DNA of 64,000 nt, from assembly GCA_963783385.1 (NCBI GenBank), contig CAWANJ010000009.1:512001-576000 (forward strand). The letters are read 5' to 3'. Shown here one piece after another: positions 1-14,372 of the stretch (the first letter of the stretch is position 1; every line of letters starts with the position of its first letter). Below the pieces are notes generated by a model. It did not search any database. It was not told where the DNA came from and was given only the letters and a program-made list of their open reading frames with translations. The translations under genes were made by a program, and so were the position numbers. The DNA comes from an uncultured Gemmatimonadales bacterium (GTDB lineage: Bacteria; Gemmatimonadota; Gemmatimonadetes; Palauibacterales; Palauibacteraceae).

Positions 1-1256
<1,256 letters not shown>

Positions 1257-1346
1257 GGGAGCAGTTTTTCCCTGCCAACCCGCACGCCACGCACGTTTTC
1301 TTTTATAGATCGAGTGACCTCCGTCCGCTCCGGCGGGTCGGAGGCC

Positions 1347-1359
1347 GCTTTTTGACAAC
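1347..1359 (+). promoter_or_regulatory. rrn antitermination boxA-like element in the ITS
   Basis: GCTTTTTGACAAC resembles boxA (TGCTCTTTAACAA), preceded by a GC-rich boxB-like hairpin at about 1318-1344. Confidence 0.6.
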
Positions 1360-1480
1360 GAGGCAGGGAAGGGAAGCGAGTCGAGCCGGGCGGGGCTTTT
1401 CCGTCTACGGGTTTTGGATCTGTAGGGGGCGAAGCGTCCGGCACGAGAGCGTCGAGGTTGAGAGTAGAGATAGGAGTAAG

Positions 1481-4538
<3,058 letters not shown>

Positions 4539-4669
4539 CCCTCATCCCCACACTGCTCCGTGCCGGAGCCCCCGCGCTCGGCCCGCTTCCCCTTTCCCCT
4601 GCCTCGCCCTTCGATCCGCGAGGACGCCGCGACCCGCTCCACCGGGGCCGCACGCCCTCGCCCGGACGA

Positions 4670-4789
4670 AGGTCGGTGGCACGAGCGAGGGGGCCACACC
4701 TGGTCCCATCCCGAACCCAGTCGTTAAGCCCCTCAGCGCCGATGGTACTCGGGCGGAGACGCCCCGGGAGAGTAGGTCGCCGCCGGCCT
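4670..4789 (+). rRNA. rrf: 5S rRNA
   Basis: CCCATCCCGAAC...GTTAAGC...GCGCCGATGGTACT...GGGAGAGTAGG motifs; terminal helix AGGTCGGTGGC/GCCGCCGGCCT. Confidence 0.97.
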
Positions 4790-4800
4790 CACCTGCGCCC

Positions 4801-4837
4801 ACGCCCCGCACTTCCCCCACGGGAAGCCGCGGGGCGT
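4801..4837 (+). terminator. GC-rich hairpin after 5S, possible rrn terminator (no U-tract)
   Basis: ACGCCCCGC-A-CTTCCC-CCAC-GGGAAG-CC-GCGGGGCGT imperfect inverted repeat. Confidence 0.45.
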
Positions 4838-4991
4838 CCGCACGTCTATACCCCCCGCTCGCCTTCCGCCCCGCCCCACGCTTCGGGCCGTCGTCGGAGA
4901 TGGACGGGGACCGGACCGAGGTTTGTCCGCGGCGCACGCGGTGCTAGCTTGGCGCCGGAACGCACACCGCCACGGAGGGAGCCGGACGCGC

Positions 4992-6101
4992 ATGGTCTCG
5001 AGCCCCGAAGCCTCGCAGGGCAGCCAGAGGGATCCTGTGGAACGTCGCCGCATCAAGAAGCGCGGTGTCGTTCTCGCCACGGGAGGGCTCCTGCTCGCGC
5101 TCGGGCTGGTGCTCGGACTCCGGAGCGTGGGCCTCCTGGCCATGGACCTCGGCGCGTGGACCACGGCTCTCCTCGTCACGCTGGGCGCCCAGGCCATCCT
5201 CTGGCTCCTCCCCAGCCTGGACCTCGACGAGCGTCTCACCGGCGACCGCCGGTATCTCTTCCTGCCCATGTTGACCGCGGCCGGACTGCTCTGCCTGTAC
5301 ATCTACATCGCTCCGGGAGCGCGCTATCTCTTGCTGATGGCCTGGTTCGTGGCCCTCCTGTTCATGGCCGGGCTGGCGGGACTGGTCGAGGTCGTCGTGC
5401 TCTCGGCGGGAATGACCGTGGGCTATCTGGGAGCCCTGGGCCTCCGGGAGCTCACACACGCCGGGCTGCGTCTGTCCTTCGCGCAGGAGACGCTGCGCGC
5501 CGGGGTCTTTCTCGCCATCAACGTCTACGCGGGTGTCGTGTTCCAGCGGCTCCGCCGGGAACGACGGGAACGGGGTGATCTGCGCCGGCGCCTGACCGAG
5601 CTGGCACTTACCGATCCTCTGACGGGATTGCGCAACCGACGCTATTTCGAGGACTTCCTCCGCTCGGAGCTGGCCCGGATCGATCGCTACGGAGGCGTCT
5701 GTTCGGTGGCCATACTCGACGTGGACCACTTCAAGAACTACAACGACACCCTGGGCCATCTGGCCGGCGACGCGGTCCTGAGACAGCTGGCCGGGGTCTT
5801 GCGCGAGGAGATGCGGGTCAGCGACGTGGTCTCCCGGATCGGCGGCGAGGAGTTCGGGTTGATCCTGGTGAACACGGACCGTGCGGAGGCCAGGGCGGTG
5901 ATCGAACGCCTCCACGGTCGGATCCACGCTCACCCGTTTCCCCGGGAGGACGTGCAGCCCGGCCGACAGCTCACGGTGAGCACGGGCATCGCGTCCTGTC
6001 CCGCCGACGGTACGGACTACGAGGAGCTGGTCGGGCGTGCCGACCAGGCGCTGTACGCCGCCAAGCAAGCTGGCCGGAACCGGATCCATGTCGCCGCCTG
6101 A
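4992..6101 (+). CDS. Membrane-bound diguanylate cyclase (GGDEF domain)
   Basis: About 6 hydrophobic N-terminal segments, then TDPLTGLRNRR, DVDHFKNYNDTLGHLAGD, I-site RVSD and GGEEF; start codon uncertain. Confidence 0.92.
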   Translation: MVSSPEASQGSQRDPVERRRIKKRGVVLATGGLLLALGLVLGLRSVGLLAMDLGAWTTALLVTLGAQAILWLLPSLDLDERLTGDRRYLFLPMLTAAGLLCLYIYIAPGARYLLLMAWFVALLFMAGLAGLVEVVVLSAGMTVGYLGALGLRELTHAGLRLSFAQETLRAGVFLAINVYAGVVFQRLRRERRERGDLRRRLTELALTDPLTGLRNRRYFEDFLRSELARIDRYGGVCSVAILDVDHFKNYNDTLGHLAGDAVLRQLAGVLREEMRVSDVVSRIGGEEFGLILVNTDRAEARAVIERLHGRIHAHPFPREDVQPGRQLTVSTGIASCPADGTDYEELVGRADQALYAAKQAGRNRIHVAA

Positions 6102-7038
6102 GGGCCGCGAGAACGCCTCCGCGGCGGATGGTGCCGCGCGAGGGACCGGGTTCCGCGCCGGCTTCGTGGCGCTCCTCGGCCTGCCCAACGTGGGCAAGTC
6201 CACCATCCTGAACGCCCTGGTCGGTCGCAAGCTCAGCATCGTGACGCCCAAGGCGCAGACGACGCGGCGGCGGGTGAGCGCCATTCTCACCGATGGGGAG
6301 CACCAGGCCGTGTTCCTCGACACGCCGGGACTCATGGAGCCGCGCTACGCCCTGCACCAGGCCATGCGCGACGATGCCGAACGGGCGGGCCGCGATGCGG
6401 ATGTCGTCCTGTGGGTGGTCGACGCCGGCTTCGAGTCGAGCGTGGAGGACGCCCTGCGACGGGGACCGCCCGACGGCCCGGCCTCCGTATTGTGCCTCAA
6501 CAAGGTGGACCGGGTGGGTCCCGAGGAGTCGGAGGCACGGGCCGAACGGTTGCGACAGGCCGGTTGGGACCCGGTGCTGACCACGACGGCGACCGAGGGT
6601 GCCGGCATCGAGGCGCTCCGCACGGCGCTCCTCGGCCGGCTTCCGCTCTCGCCGCCGCTGTATCCGGTGGACGAGGTTTCCGCCGAGCCGGTGCGGTTCT
6701 TCGTGGAGGAGCTGATCAGGGAGACCTGCTTCGAGACGCTCGACGAGGAGGTTCCGTACGGGACCGAGGTCCGCGTGCGGGAGTTCCGCGAGGACGACGA
6801 CCCCCTGTACATTGGGGTCGACCTCCTCGTGGAACGAGAGTCGCAGAAGGGAATCGTGATTGGCCGGGGCGGCCGCACGATCCGGGCTATCGGCACCGAC
6901 TCCCGGCGGAAGGTCGAGGCGTTCCTGCAGCGGCACGTGTACCTGGACCTCAGGGTCAAGGTGCTGCCGCACTGGAGCCGCCAGGAGCACAAGCTGGCGA
7001 GGCTCGGGTACGGACCGCCGCGCAGCGGAAGGAACTGA
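6088..7038 (+). CDS. era: GTPase Era
   Basis: GFVALLGLPNVGKST, KAQTTR, DTPG, NKVD and KH domain SQKGIVIGRGG. Confidence 0.97.
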   Translation: MSPPEGRENASAADGAARGTGFRAGFVALLGLPNVGKSTILNALVGRKLSIVTPKAQTTRRRVSAILTDGEHQAVFLDTPGLMEPRYALHQAMRDDAERAGRDADVVLWVVDAGFESSVEDALRRGPPDGPASVLCLNKVDRVGPEESEARAERLRQAGWDPVLTTTATEGAGIEALRTALLGRLPLSPPLYPVDEVSAEPVRFFVEELIRETCFETLDEEVPYGTEVRVREFREDDDPLYIGVDLLVERESQKGIVIGRGGRTIRAIGTDSRRKVEAFLQRHVYLDLRVKVLPHWSRQEHKLARLGYGPPRSGRN

Positions 7039-7065
7039 CCCGGAGACCGGGAAGGAGAGCGACCG

Positions 7066-7239
7066 ATGCCGCTGGACGACGAGCTGCTGGAGATCCTGGT
7101 GTGTCCGAAGTGCAAGGGCGACCTGGAATACAGGAAGGAAGGGGAGAAGGAGGCGCTGCTGTGTCACGCCTGCCATCTCCGATACGCCATCGAGGACGAC
7201 ATTCCGATCATGCTGGTCGACGAGGCCGAGTCGTTCTGA
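7066..7239 (+). CDS. Trm112/YcaR (UPF0434) family small zinc-binding protein, 57 aa (not in ORF track)
   Basis: Hand translation MPLDDELLEILVCPKCKGDLEY...LLCHACHLRYAIEDDIPIMLVDEAESF; upstream AAGGAG RBS. Confidence 0.9.
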   Translation: MPLDDELLEILVCPKCKGDLEYRKEGEKEALLCHACHLRYAIEDDIPIMLVDEAESF

Positions 7240-7300
7240 CGCTCGTCGCGCCGTACCATCGAACCCGACCCACCGCCAAGCTTCCCGAGAAGGGGCATCC

Positions 7301-9415
7301 GTGACCGAATCCAAGCTCGAGACCCGCATCCTGGAACATCTCCGGGAGGAATCGTCCCACCCCCTCAAGGCCAAGGAGCTGGCGCGGGAGCTGGGCATCG
7401 GTTCCGACGGCTACGAGGAATTCCGCGATACGATCAGGAACCTGGAGGAGCGGGGCCTCGTCTATCGGCAGCGCAAGGGCCGGTACGCGGTCCCCGAGAA
7501 GATCAACCTCGTGATCGGCCGGCTGCAGATCACGCGCGGAGGGGACGGCTTCGTCCTGGTCGAAAAGGAGGGCGAGGAGGACGTCTTCATACCGGAGCGC
7601 CACCTCGGCTCGGCGGTCGAAGGCGACGTGGTGGTGGCCCGGATCGAGAGCCGACCGGCCCACAGGAATCCGCGCGGCCGCATCCTGCGGGTCCACGAGC
7701 GCGCCTGGAAGCAGATCGTGGGCACCTACCGTTCGAAGAAGAACTACGGATTCGTCGGCGTCCGCGAGCCCGATCTGCGCAAAGACGTGTTCGTGCCGCC
7801 CGACATGCAGGGCGAAGCGGGCGACGGCGACGTGGTGGTCGTGGCCATCGACGACTGGGGCGACGAGGAGCCGAGCCCGGTGGGCCACGTCGTGCGCGTG
7901 CTCGGGGCGCCGGATTCGCCGGGCGTCGACATCCTGGCCATCATCCACGGCCACCAGCTCCCGCTCGACTTCCCGCCCGAGGTCCAGCTGGAGGCGGAGG
8001 ACATCGCCGCGCGCGGGCTGGGCGAGAAGGACCTCGAGGCGCGTGAGGACCTGCGCGACGTGCTCACCTTCACGATCGATCCCCCCGACGCCCGTGACCA
8101 CGACGATGCCCTCTCGGTCCGCCTGCTCGAGGACGACCTGCTCGAGGTCGGCGTGCACATCGCGGACGTCGCGCACTACGTGCGCCCGGGCACCGTCCTC
8201 GACGAGGAGGCCCTGGAGCGAGGCACGAGCGTCTACCTGGTGGATCGGGTCGTGCCGATGTTGCCCCACGACCTCTCGAGCGACCTGTGCTCGCTGGTAC
8301 CCGGAGAGGACCGGCTAGCCGTCTCCCTCCTGTTCACCCTGCGCAAGCCCGCCCGGGTCAGCGGAGCGCGGCTGGTTCGCAGCGTGATCCGCAGCGACCA
8401 TCGCCTGGCCTACGACGAGGCGCAGGCGATCATGGATGGGGATCGCACGGACGACGAGGAGCTCACCCAGGCGCTCGACTGGCTTCGATCCGTGAGCCGC
8501 TCCCTCCGCCGGGCACGCTCGGACCGGGGCAGCATCGACTTCGACCTCCCCGAGTCGCGCGTCGTCCTCAATGCGGCTGGAGAGCCCACGGACATCGAGC
8601 GCGTACTGCGTCTCGAGGCCCACCGGCTGATCGAGGACTTCATGATCCTCGCGAACGAGACCGTCGCCGAGCTCGCGCTGCGCGAGGAGGTGCCCGTCCT
8701 GTTCCGCGTGCACGAGTCCCCGGACGAGGAGAAGATGAACCGGCTCCGGGAGCTCGCCTCGACCTTCGGCTTCCACCTTCCGGCCCGGCCCGTCGAGCCG
8801 CGAGACCTGGCCCGCCTGGTCGACGCCATGGAGGGGACCCCCCAGGAGCAGCTCATCTCGACGGCCACCCTCAGGAGCATGAAGCAGGCGCGCTACGCGC
8901 CCGAGAACCTGGGCCACTTCGGGCTGGCCTCCCGGGCGTATGCTCACTTCACCTCGCCGATCCGCCGCTATCCGGACCTCATCGTGCACCGGCAGCTGGG
9001 ACGCTGGCTGCAGGACCCCGCCAGCGCCCGGAAGCTAGAGCTCGACCGGCTCTCGGAGATCGCCCGCCACTGCTCGGAGCGAGAGCGCCGTGCGGTGGAG
9101 GCCGAGCGCGACTCCGTGGACCTCAAGAAGATCGAGTTCATGGAGCGGCACCTCGGAGGGGAGTTCGAGGGTACGATCAGCGGCGTGACGGCGTTCGGCC
9201 TGTTCGTGCTCCTCGACGAGTTCCACGTGGATGGCCTCGTGCACGTGTCGACCCTCGAAGACGACTACTACGTGTACGTAGAGGAGCAGCATGCCCTGCT
9301 CGGACAGCGACGTCGACGCAGATTTCAGCTCGGGGACCGGGTGCGGGTCCAGGTGGCCCGGGTGGACCGGGAGGCCCGACACATCGACTTCGAGCTGCTC
9401 GGCACCGAGGGTTGA
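7301..9415 (+). CDS. rnr: Ribonuclease R
   Basis: N-terminal HTH, cold-shock domains, RNB motifs TIDPPDARDHDDA and HFTSPIRRYPDL, C-terminal S1 domain. Confidence 0.96.
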   Translation: MTESKLETRILEHLREESSHPLKAKELARELGIGSDGYEEFRDTIRNLEERGLVYRQRKGRYAVPEKINLVIGRLQITRGGDGFVLVEKEGEEDVFIPERHLGSAVEGDVVVARIESRPAHRNPRGRILRVHERAWKQIVGTYRSKKNYGFVGVREPDLRKDVFVPPDMQGEAGDGDVVVVAIDDWGDEEPSPVGHVVRVLGAPDSPGVDILAIIHGHQLPLDFPPEVQLEAEDIAARGLGEKDLEAREDLRDVLTFTIDPPDARDHDDALSVRLLEDDLLEVGVHIADVAHYVRPGTVLDEEALERGTSVYLVDRVVPMLPHDLSSDLCSLVPGEDRLAVSLLFTLRKPARVSGARLVRSVIRSDHRLAYDEAQAIMDGDRTDDEELTQALDWLRSVSRSLRRARSDRGSIDFDLPESRVVLNAAGEPTDIERVLRLEAHRLIEDFMILANETVAELALREEVPVLFRVHESPDEEKMNRLRELASTFGFHLPARPVEPRDLARLVDAMEGTPQEQLISTATLRSMKQARYAPENLGHFGLASRAYAHFTSPIRRYPDLIVHRQLGRWLQDPASARKLELDRLSEIARHCSERERRAVEAERDSVDLKKIEFMERHLGGEFEGTISGVTAFGLFVLLDEFHVDGLVHVSTLEDDYYVYVEEQHALLGQRRRRRFQLGDRVRVQVARVDREARHIDFELLGTEG

Positions 9416-9446
9416 CCGTCACCGGAGCCGGGCCTAGACTCGCCGG

Positions 9447-9479
9447 GCGACGGGGCCCCCACCTCGGGGGCCCCGTCGC
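9447..9479 (+). terminator. Perfect 14-bp inverted repeat between rnr and prfB
   Basis: GCGACGGGGCCCCC-ACCTC-GGGGGCCCCGTCGC; no U-tract. Confidence 0.55.
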
Positions 9480-9513
9480 GTCGTACCGTACTTCAGGATG
9501 GGACATGTGAGCG

Positions 9514-10627
9514 ATGGCGAACGTTACGGTCCAGCACGACAAGCTCGCGGAGCAGCGCAGGCGGCTCGACGAGCTACGGGGGTACCTTTGACATCCCGGC
9601 CAAGCTGAAGGAGGTCCGGGAGCTGCAGGAGCGCATGGCGCAGCCCGGCTTCTGGGACAACCCCGAGCACGCGCGCGAGATCATCGAGCGCTCCCAGGAT
9701 CTCAAGGAGTGGACGGAGCCCTGGACGGAGCTCTCGGAGCGCGTGGACGACCTCCTGGAGCTCGCCGCCCTGCTCGAGGAGGAGCCCGACGAGGAGCTCG
9801 CCGCCGAGCTCGACGCCGCGGCGGAGGGCACCGCGCGTGGTCTCGGCCGTCTCGAATTCCGCAACATGCTGCGCGACCCCGACGCCAAGCGGGACGCGCT
9901 CCTCACCATCCACCCGGGCGCGGGCGGCACCGAGTCCCAGGACTGGGCGGAGATGCTGCTGCGCATGTACTCGCGGTGGGCCGAAGGGAAGGGGTTCGAG
10001 CTGGAGGTGGTCGACCTGCTGCCCGGGGACGAGGCCGGGATCAAGTCCGCCACGCTCGAGATCAAGGGCGACTACGCATACGGCTACCTGATGGCCGAAC
10101 GGGGCGTGCACCGGCTCGTCCGGATCTCTCCGTTCGACGCCGCCAGCCGCCGCCATACCTCCTTTGCCTCGGTGTTCGTGTACCCGGTCGTCGAGGACGA
10201 CATCGAGGTCGAGATCGACGAAGAGGACCTGCGGATCGACACCTATCGGGCGTCGGGGGCGGGAGGGCAGCACGTCAACAAGACGAGCTCGGCCGTCCGC
10301 ATCACCCACCTGCCCACGGGGATCGTCGTCTCGTGCCAGCAGGAGCGAAGCCAGCACAAGAACAAGTCGCAGGCCATGAAGATGCTGCGGGCGGCCCTCT
10401 ACCAGCGGGCCGTCGAGGAGCGGGAGGCGGAGCGCCAGGAGCTCGAGGACACCAAGAAGGAGATCGCCTGGGGCCACCAGATCCGCTCCTACACGCTACA
10501 GCCCTACACGATGGTGAAGGACCACCGCACCGACATCGAGACGGGCAACGCGCAGGCCGTGCTGGACGGGGACCTGGACCCGTTCATCGAGGGCTACCTG
10601 AGGCAGCAGGGAGCCGAGCCCCGGTGA
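9514..10627 (+). CDS. prfB: Peptide chain release factor 2 with programmed +1 frameshift
   Basis: MANVTVQHDK...LRGYL then CTT-TGA-C at 9586-9592 with internal SD-like GGGGG just upstream; downstream frame has SPF and GGQ motifs. Confidence 0.97.
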
Positions 10628-12225
10628 CGGGCGGGGAACGCTGCGCCTCGTGTGGCGCCGAGGTCGGCCACACGCGCGACGGCCTGTGCCCGGAGTGCTG
10701 GTACGCGGCCCCCGAGCGTCCCAAGCCGGTCCGCGACCGGTTCGAGAAGCTTCGCGCCCTGGAGGCGGCCGGGTACGAGCCCTTCGCGTACGGCTTCGAG
10801 GTCACCGACAGCCTGCGGGGCGCCCGGGAGCGGCACGAGACGCGGTCGGCCGGAGCGCTCGACGACGAGCTGCGCGTGCGCGTGGCCGGCCGTCTCCTCT
10901 CGCTGCGCGACCTGGGCGGCAGCGCCTTCGCGCACCTGGGGGACCGGGACGGCAGGCTGCAGGTCTACTTCAAGCGGAACGTGCTGTCCGAACGCGACGT
11001 GGCCCTGCTCGATCTCCTGGACCTGGGCGATTGGATCGGGGTGTCCGGCCCGCTGTTCACGACACGGACCGGGGAGCTCACGGTCCGGGTCGAGGAGCTG
11101 ACCCTCCTCGCCAAGACGCTCCGGCCCCTGCCGCTCGGCAAGGAGGAGGTCACCGGGGAGGGCGAGAGGGTCGTGCACGGCGGATTCTCCGACCGGGAGT
11201 CCCGCTACCGGCAGCGCTACGCGGACCTGGCCGTGAATCCGGAGGTGCGCCGCATCTTCGCGCTCCGCACGCGCATCGTCTCCGGTCTGCGGGCCTTCCT
11301 GGACGCGCGCGGCTTCCTCGAGGTGGAGACGCCCATCCTCCAGCCCCTGTACGGCGGGGCGGCGGCGCGCCCGTTCACCACGCACCACCACGCCCTCGAC
11401 ACGACGCTCTACCTCCGCATCGCCGACGAGCTCTACCTCAAGCGCCTCCTGGTCGGCAACCTCGAGCGCGTCTACGAGATCGGAAAGGACTTCCGAAACG
11501 AGAGCATCGACCGGACCCACAATCCCGAGTTCACGATGCTCGAGCTCTACCAGGCGCTGGCCGACTACCGGACCATGATGGAGCTCACGGAGGAGATGGT
11601 GACCACGGTCGTCGGGGAGGCGTGCGGGACGCTCCGACTGTCCTGGGAGGGCCGCGAGGTGGACCTCACGGCCCCGTGGCGGCGCGTCCCCTACCGGGAG
11701 CTTGTGCTCGAGGAGACGGGGGTGGACATCGCCTCCGCCACCGACGAGGAGCTCCGCCGGGCCGCACGGGAGGCGGGCCGGGACGACGCCGGATCCCTGA
11801 GCCGGCCCGCGCTCGTCGATACGCTGTTCTCGGCGAGGGTCGAGCCCGGGCTGGTGGCGCCGACCATCGTCTACGACTACCCGATCGAGATGAGTCCCTT
11901 CGCCAAGCCCAAGCGGGGGGAGCCGTCCATGGCCGAGCGCTTCGAGGTCGTGGTCGGCGGTCACGAGCTGGTCAACGCGTTCAGCGAGCTCAACGACCCG
12001 GTGGACCAGTGGCGCCGCTTCGCCGATCAGGCCGCCCGCCGGGAGGCCGGCGAGGAGGAGGCGCAGGGGTTCGACGAGGATTACCTGCGTGCCCTGGAGT
12101 ACGGCCTGCCGCCGACCGGCGGACTGGGCATGGGCATCGATCGCCTCGTTATGCTGGCCGCCGGTCAGGATGCCATCCGCGAGGTCATCCTCTACCCGAT
12201 CCTCCGGCCGGGGGAAGGAGCGTGA
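10624..12225 (+). CDS. lysS: Lysine--tRNA ligase (class II) with N-terminal CxxC-x11-CxxC extension
   Basis: OB-fold, RYRQRY, GGAAARPF, FRNE..DRTHNPEFTMLE, YGLPPTGGLGMGIDRL; GTG start overlaps prfB stop (GTGA). Confidence 0.96.
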   Translation: MTGGERCASCGAEVGHTRDGLCPECWYAAPERPKPVRDRFEKLRALEAAGYEPFAYGFEVTDSLRGARERHETRSAGALDDELRVRVAGRLLSLRDLGGSAFAHLGDRDGRLQVYFKRNVLSERDVALLDLLDLGDWIGVSGPLFTTRTGELTVRVEELTLLAKTLRPLPLGKEEVTGEGERVVHGGFSDRESRYRQRYADLAVNPEVRRIFALRTRIVSGLRAFLDARGFLEVETPILQPLYGGAAARPFTTHHHALDTTLYLRIADELYLKRLLVGNLERVYEIGKDFRNESIDRTHNPEFTMLELYQALADYRTMMELTEEMVTTVVGEACGTLRLSWEGREVDLTAPWRRVPYRELVLEETGVDIASATDEELRRAAREAGRDDAGSLSRPALVDTLFSARVEPGLVAPTIVYDYPIEMSPFAKPKRGEPSMAERFEVVVGGHELVNAFSELNDPVDQWRRFADQAARREAGEEEAQGFDEDYLRALEYGLPPTGGLGMGIDRLVMLAAGQDAIREVILYPILRPGEGA

Positions 12226-12232
12226 ACGTCTC

Positions 12233-13495
12233 GTGAGCCGCACCCCGCGCGGCTCCCTCGCGCTCGAGTGGTTCGTGGCCGGCCGGTACCTCTCCAGCCG
12301 GAAGGGACGCGGCTTCCTCTCGCTCATCACGCTCATCGCCATCGGGGGCGTCACGGTCGGCGTCATGGCCCTGCTGATCGTCATCGGCGTCATGAGCGGC
12401 CTGCAGCACGATCTGCAGCGCAAGATCCTGGGCTCCAACCCGCACGGCATCGTGCTCCAGATCGGCGAGGACGTGCGCATGGACGACTGGCAGCAAGTGC
12501 TGGAGCGCGTGCGCCGGGATCCCGCCGTCACCGTCGCGGAGCCCTTCATCTACACGGAGGTGGGCCTCAACGCCGGCGGAGACTACAGCGAGGGCGCGGT
12601 CCTGCGGGGCGTTCCGTCGGACTCGGCCGCGACCCGGATCGCGGGGCTCCGCAAGCACCTCGTGTCGGGCACCATGCCGTTCGGCAAGACCGACTCGGGT
12701 CATCCCGGGATCATCGTCGGCCGCCGGCTGGCCGACCGCCTCGGCCTGTACCCGGGCAAGTTGGTGACGGTGGTCTCGTTCCAGAACGCCAAGCTCACGG
12801 CGACCGGGTTCATGCCGCAGCTCCGGCGCTTCGAGGTCACGGGCATCTTCGAGACGGGCCTGTACCAGTACGACACCAAGTTCACCTACACCTCGCTCTC
12901 GGCCGCGCAGAACCTGCTCGGCATGGGCTCGTCCGTCACGGGCGTGGAGTTCAACGTCGCCGATCCGTGGCACGCCGACGTGGTCGCCGCTCGCCTGCAG
13001 AAGGAGCTGGACTACCCATACAAGGTCGACGACTGGCAGGACCAGAACGCCTCCCTGTTCTCGGCCCTCAAGCTCGAGAAGCTGGCCATGGCGGTGATCC
13101 TGCTCCTCATCGTCCTGGTGGCGGCGTTCAACATCGTCTCGACGCTCATCATGGTGGTCACGGACAAGACGAGGGAGATCGGAATCCTGCGCTCCATGGG
13201 GATCACGGGCCGCGGCATCCAGCGCATCTTCATGATGCAGGGGACGGTCATCGGCCTGGTGGGGACGGTGATCGGAGGGAGCCTGGGCGGCCTCCTCTCG
13301 TGGCTCGTGGCCCGCTACCAGTTCATCACCCTGCCGGGCGACGTGTACTTCGTGGACCACCTCCCGGTCGAGCTCACCCTCTGGGACGTGGGCCTCATCC
13401 TGGGCGCCTCGCTCCTCATCTCCTTCCTGGCCACTTTATATCCGGCGCGTCAGGCCGCCCGGCTCACGCCGGTCGAGGCCATCCGCCATGAGTGA
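12233..13495 (+). CDS. lolE: Lipoprotein-releasing ABC transporter permease, LolC/E family
   Basis: FLSLITLIAIGGVTVGV TM1, periplasmic domain, KTREIGILRSMG, YPARQAARLTPVEAIRHE. Confidence 0.9.
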   Translation: MSRTPRGSLALEWFVAGRYLSSRKGRGFLSLITLIAIGGVTVGVMALLIVIGVMSGLQHDLQRKILGSNPHGIVLQIGEDVRMDDWQQVLERVRRDPAVTVAEPFIYTEVGLNAGGDYSEGAVLRGVPSDSAATRIAGLRKHLVSGTMPFGKTDSGHPGIIVGRRLADRLGLYPGKLVTVVSFQNAKLTATGFMPQLRRFEVTGIFETGLYQYDTKFTYTSLSAAQNLLGMGSSVTGVEFNVADPWHADVVAARLQKELDYPYKVDDWQDQNASLFSALKLEKLAMAVILLLIVLVAAFNIVSTLIMVVTDKTREIGILRSMGITGRGIQRIFMMQGTVIGLVGTVIGGSLGGLLSWLVARYQFITLPGDVYFVDHLPVELTLWDVGLILGASLLISFLATLYPARQAARLTPVEAIRHE

Positions 13496-14228
13496 GGGGA
13501 CGGGGCGGCCGGGAACCCGGGCCGCGAAGCCGACCGGTTCCGTCGTCGAGGCCCGGGACCTCTACAGGACCTTCAGCGACGTCGAGGACCGCGAGATCCA
13601 CGTGCTCCGGGGCCTCGACCTGACGCTCGCGCCCGGCGAGACTGTGGCGATCGTCGGACCCAGCGGGGCGGGAAAGTCGACCCTCCTGCACCTGCTTGGG
13701 GGGCTGGACCGACCCACCTCCGGCTCCATTGTCCTGCGAGGCCGACCCATCGAGGGTCTGCCGGATGAGGAGATGGCGGAGCTGCGGAATCAGTTCGTAG
13801 GATTCGTCTTCCAGTTCCACCACCTCCTGCGGGACTTCACGGCCCTCGAGAACGTCATGGTCCCCCAGCTCATCGCGGGCGCCAGCCGCGCGGCCGCGGC
13901 GGACCGTGCACGGGAGCTGCTCGGCCAGGTGGGTCTCGAGGAGCGCACGGGCCACCGGCCGGCCGAGCTCTCCGGCGGGGAACAGCAGCGCGTGGCGGTC
14001 GCCCGGGCACTGGCCAACGAACCTCCGCTCTTGCTGGCCGATGAGCCCTCGGGTAACCTGGACGTGTCCACGAGTGAACGCCTGCACGATCTCCTGTTCA
14101 GCCTCGTCGAGCGGCACGGGAGCGCGTTCGCGGTGGTGACCCACAACCGTCGTCTCGCCGAGCGCGCGTCCCACACGCTCGAGCTGGCGGATGGCAGGTT
14201 GCGCCCGGTGGACGGGGACGGCGGCTGA
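13488..14228 (+). CDS. lolD: Lipoprotein-releasing ABC transporter ATPase
   Basis: GPSGAGKST, GFVFQFHHLL LolD motif, LSGGEQQR, DEPSGNLD. Confidence 0.93.
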   Translation: MSEGTGRPGTRAAKPTGSVVEARDLYRTFSDVEDREIHVLRGLDLTLAPGETVAIVGPSGAGKSTLLHLLGGLDRPTSGSIVLRGRPIEGLPDEEMAELRNQFVGFVFQFHHLLRDFTALENVMVPQLIAGASRAAAADRARELLGQVGLEERTGHRPAELSGGEQQRVAVARALANEPPLLLADEPSGNLDVSTSERLHDLLFSLVERHGSAFAVVTHNRRLAERASHTLELADGRLRPVDGDGG

Positions 14229-14372
14229 GGCCGGCCACTGCCGGCGGGGTCAGGGGGAGGAGGACGGGCGGATCCGCGGGGCCGCGCCTGCGTATCAACG
14301 GGCGGGAGCAGATGAGGGTGGGCGAGATCGCTTGGCCCCATTCTCCGGAGCGGGTCCTGAAGCGGAGACGGC

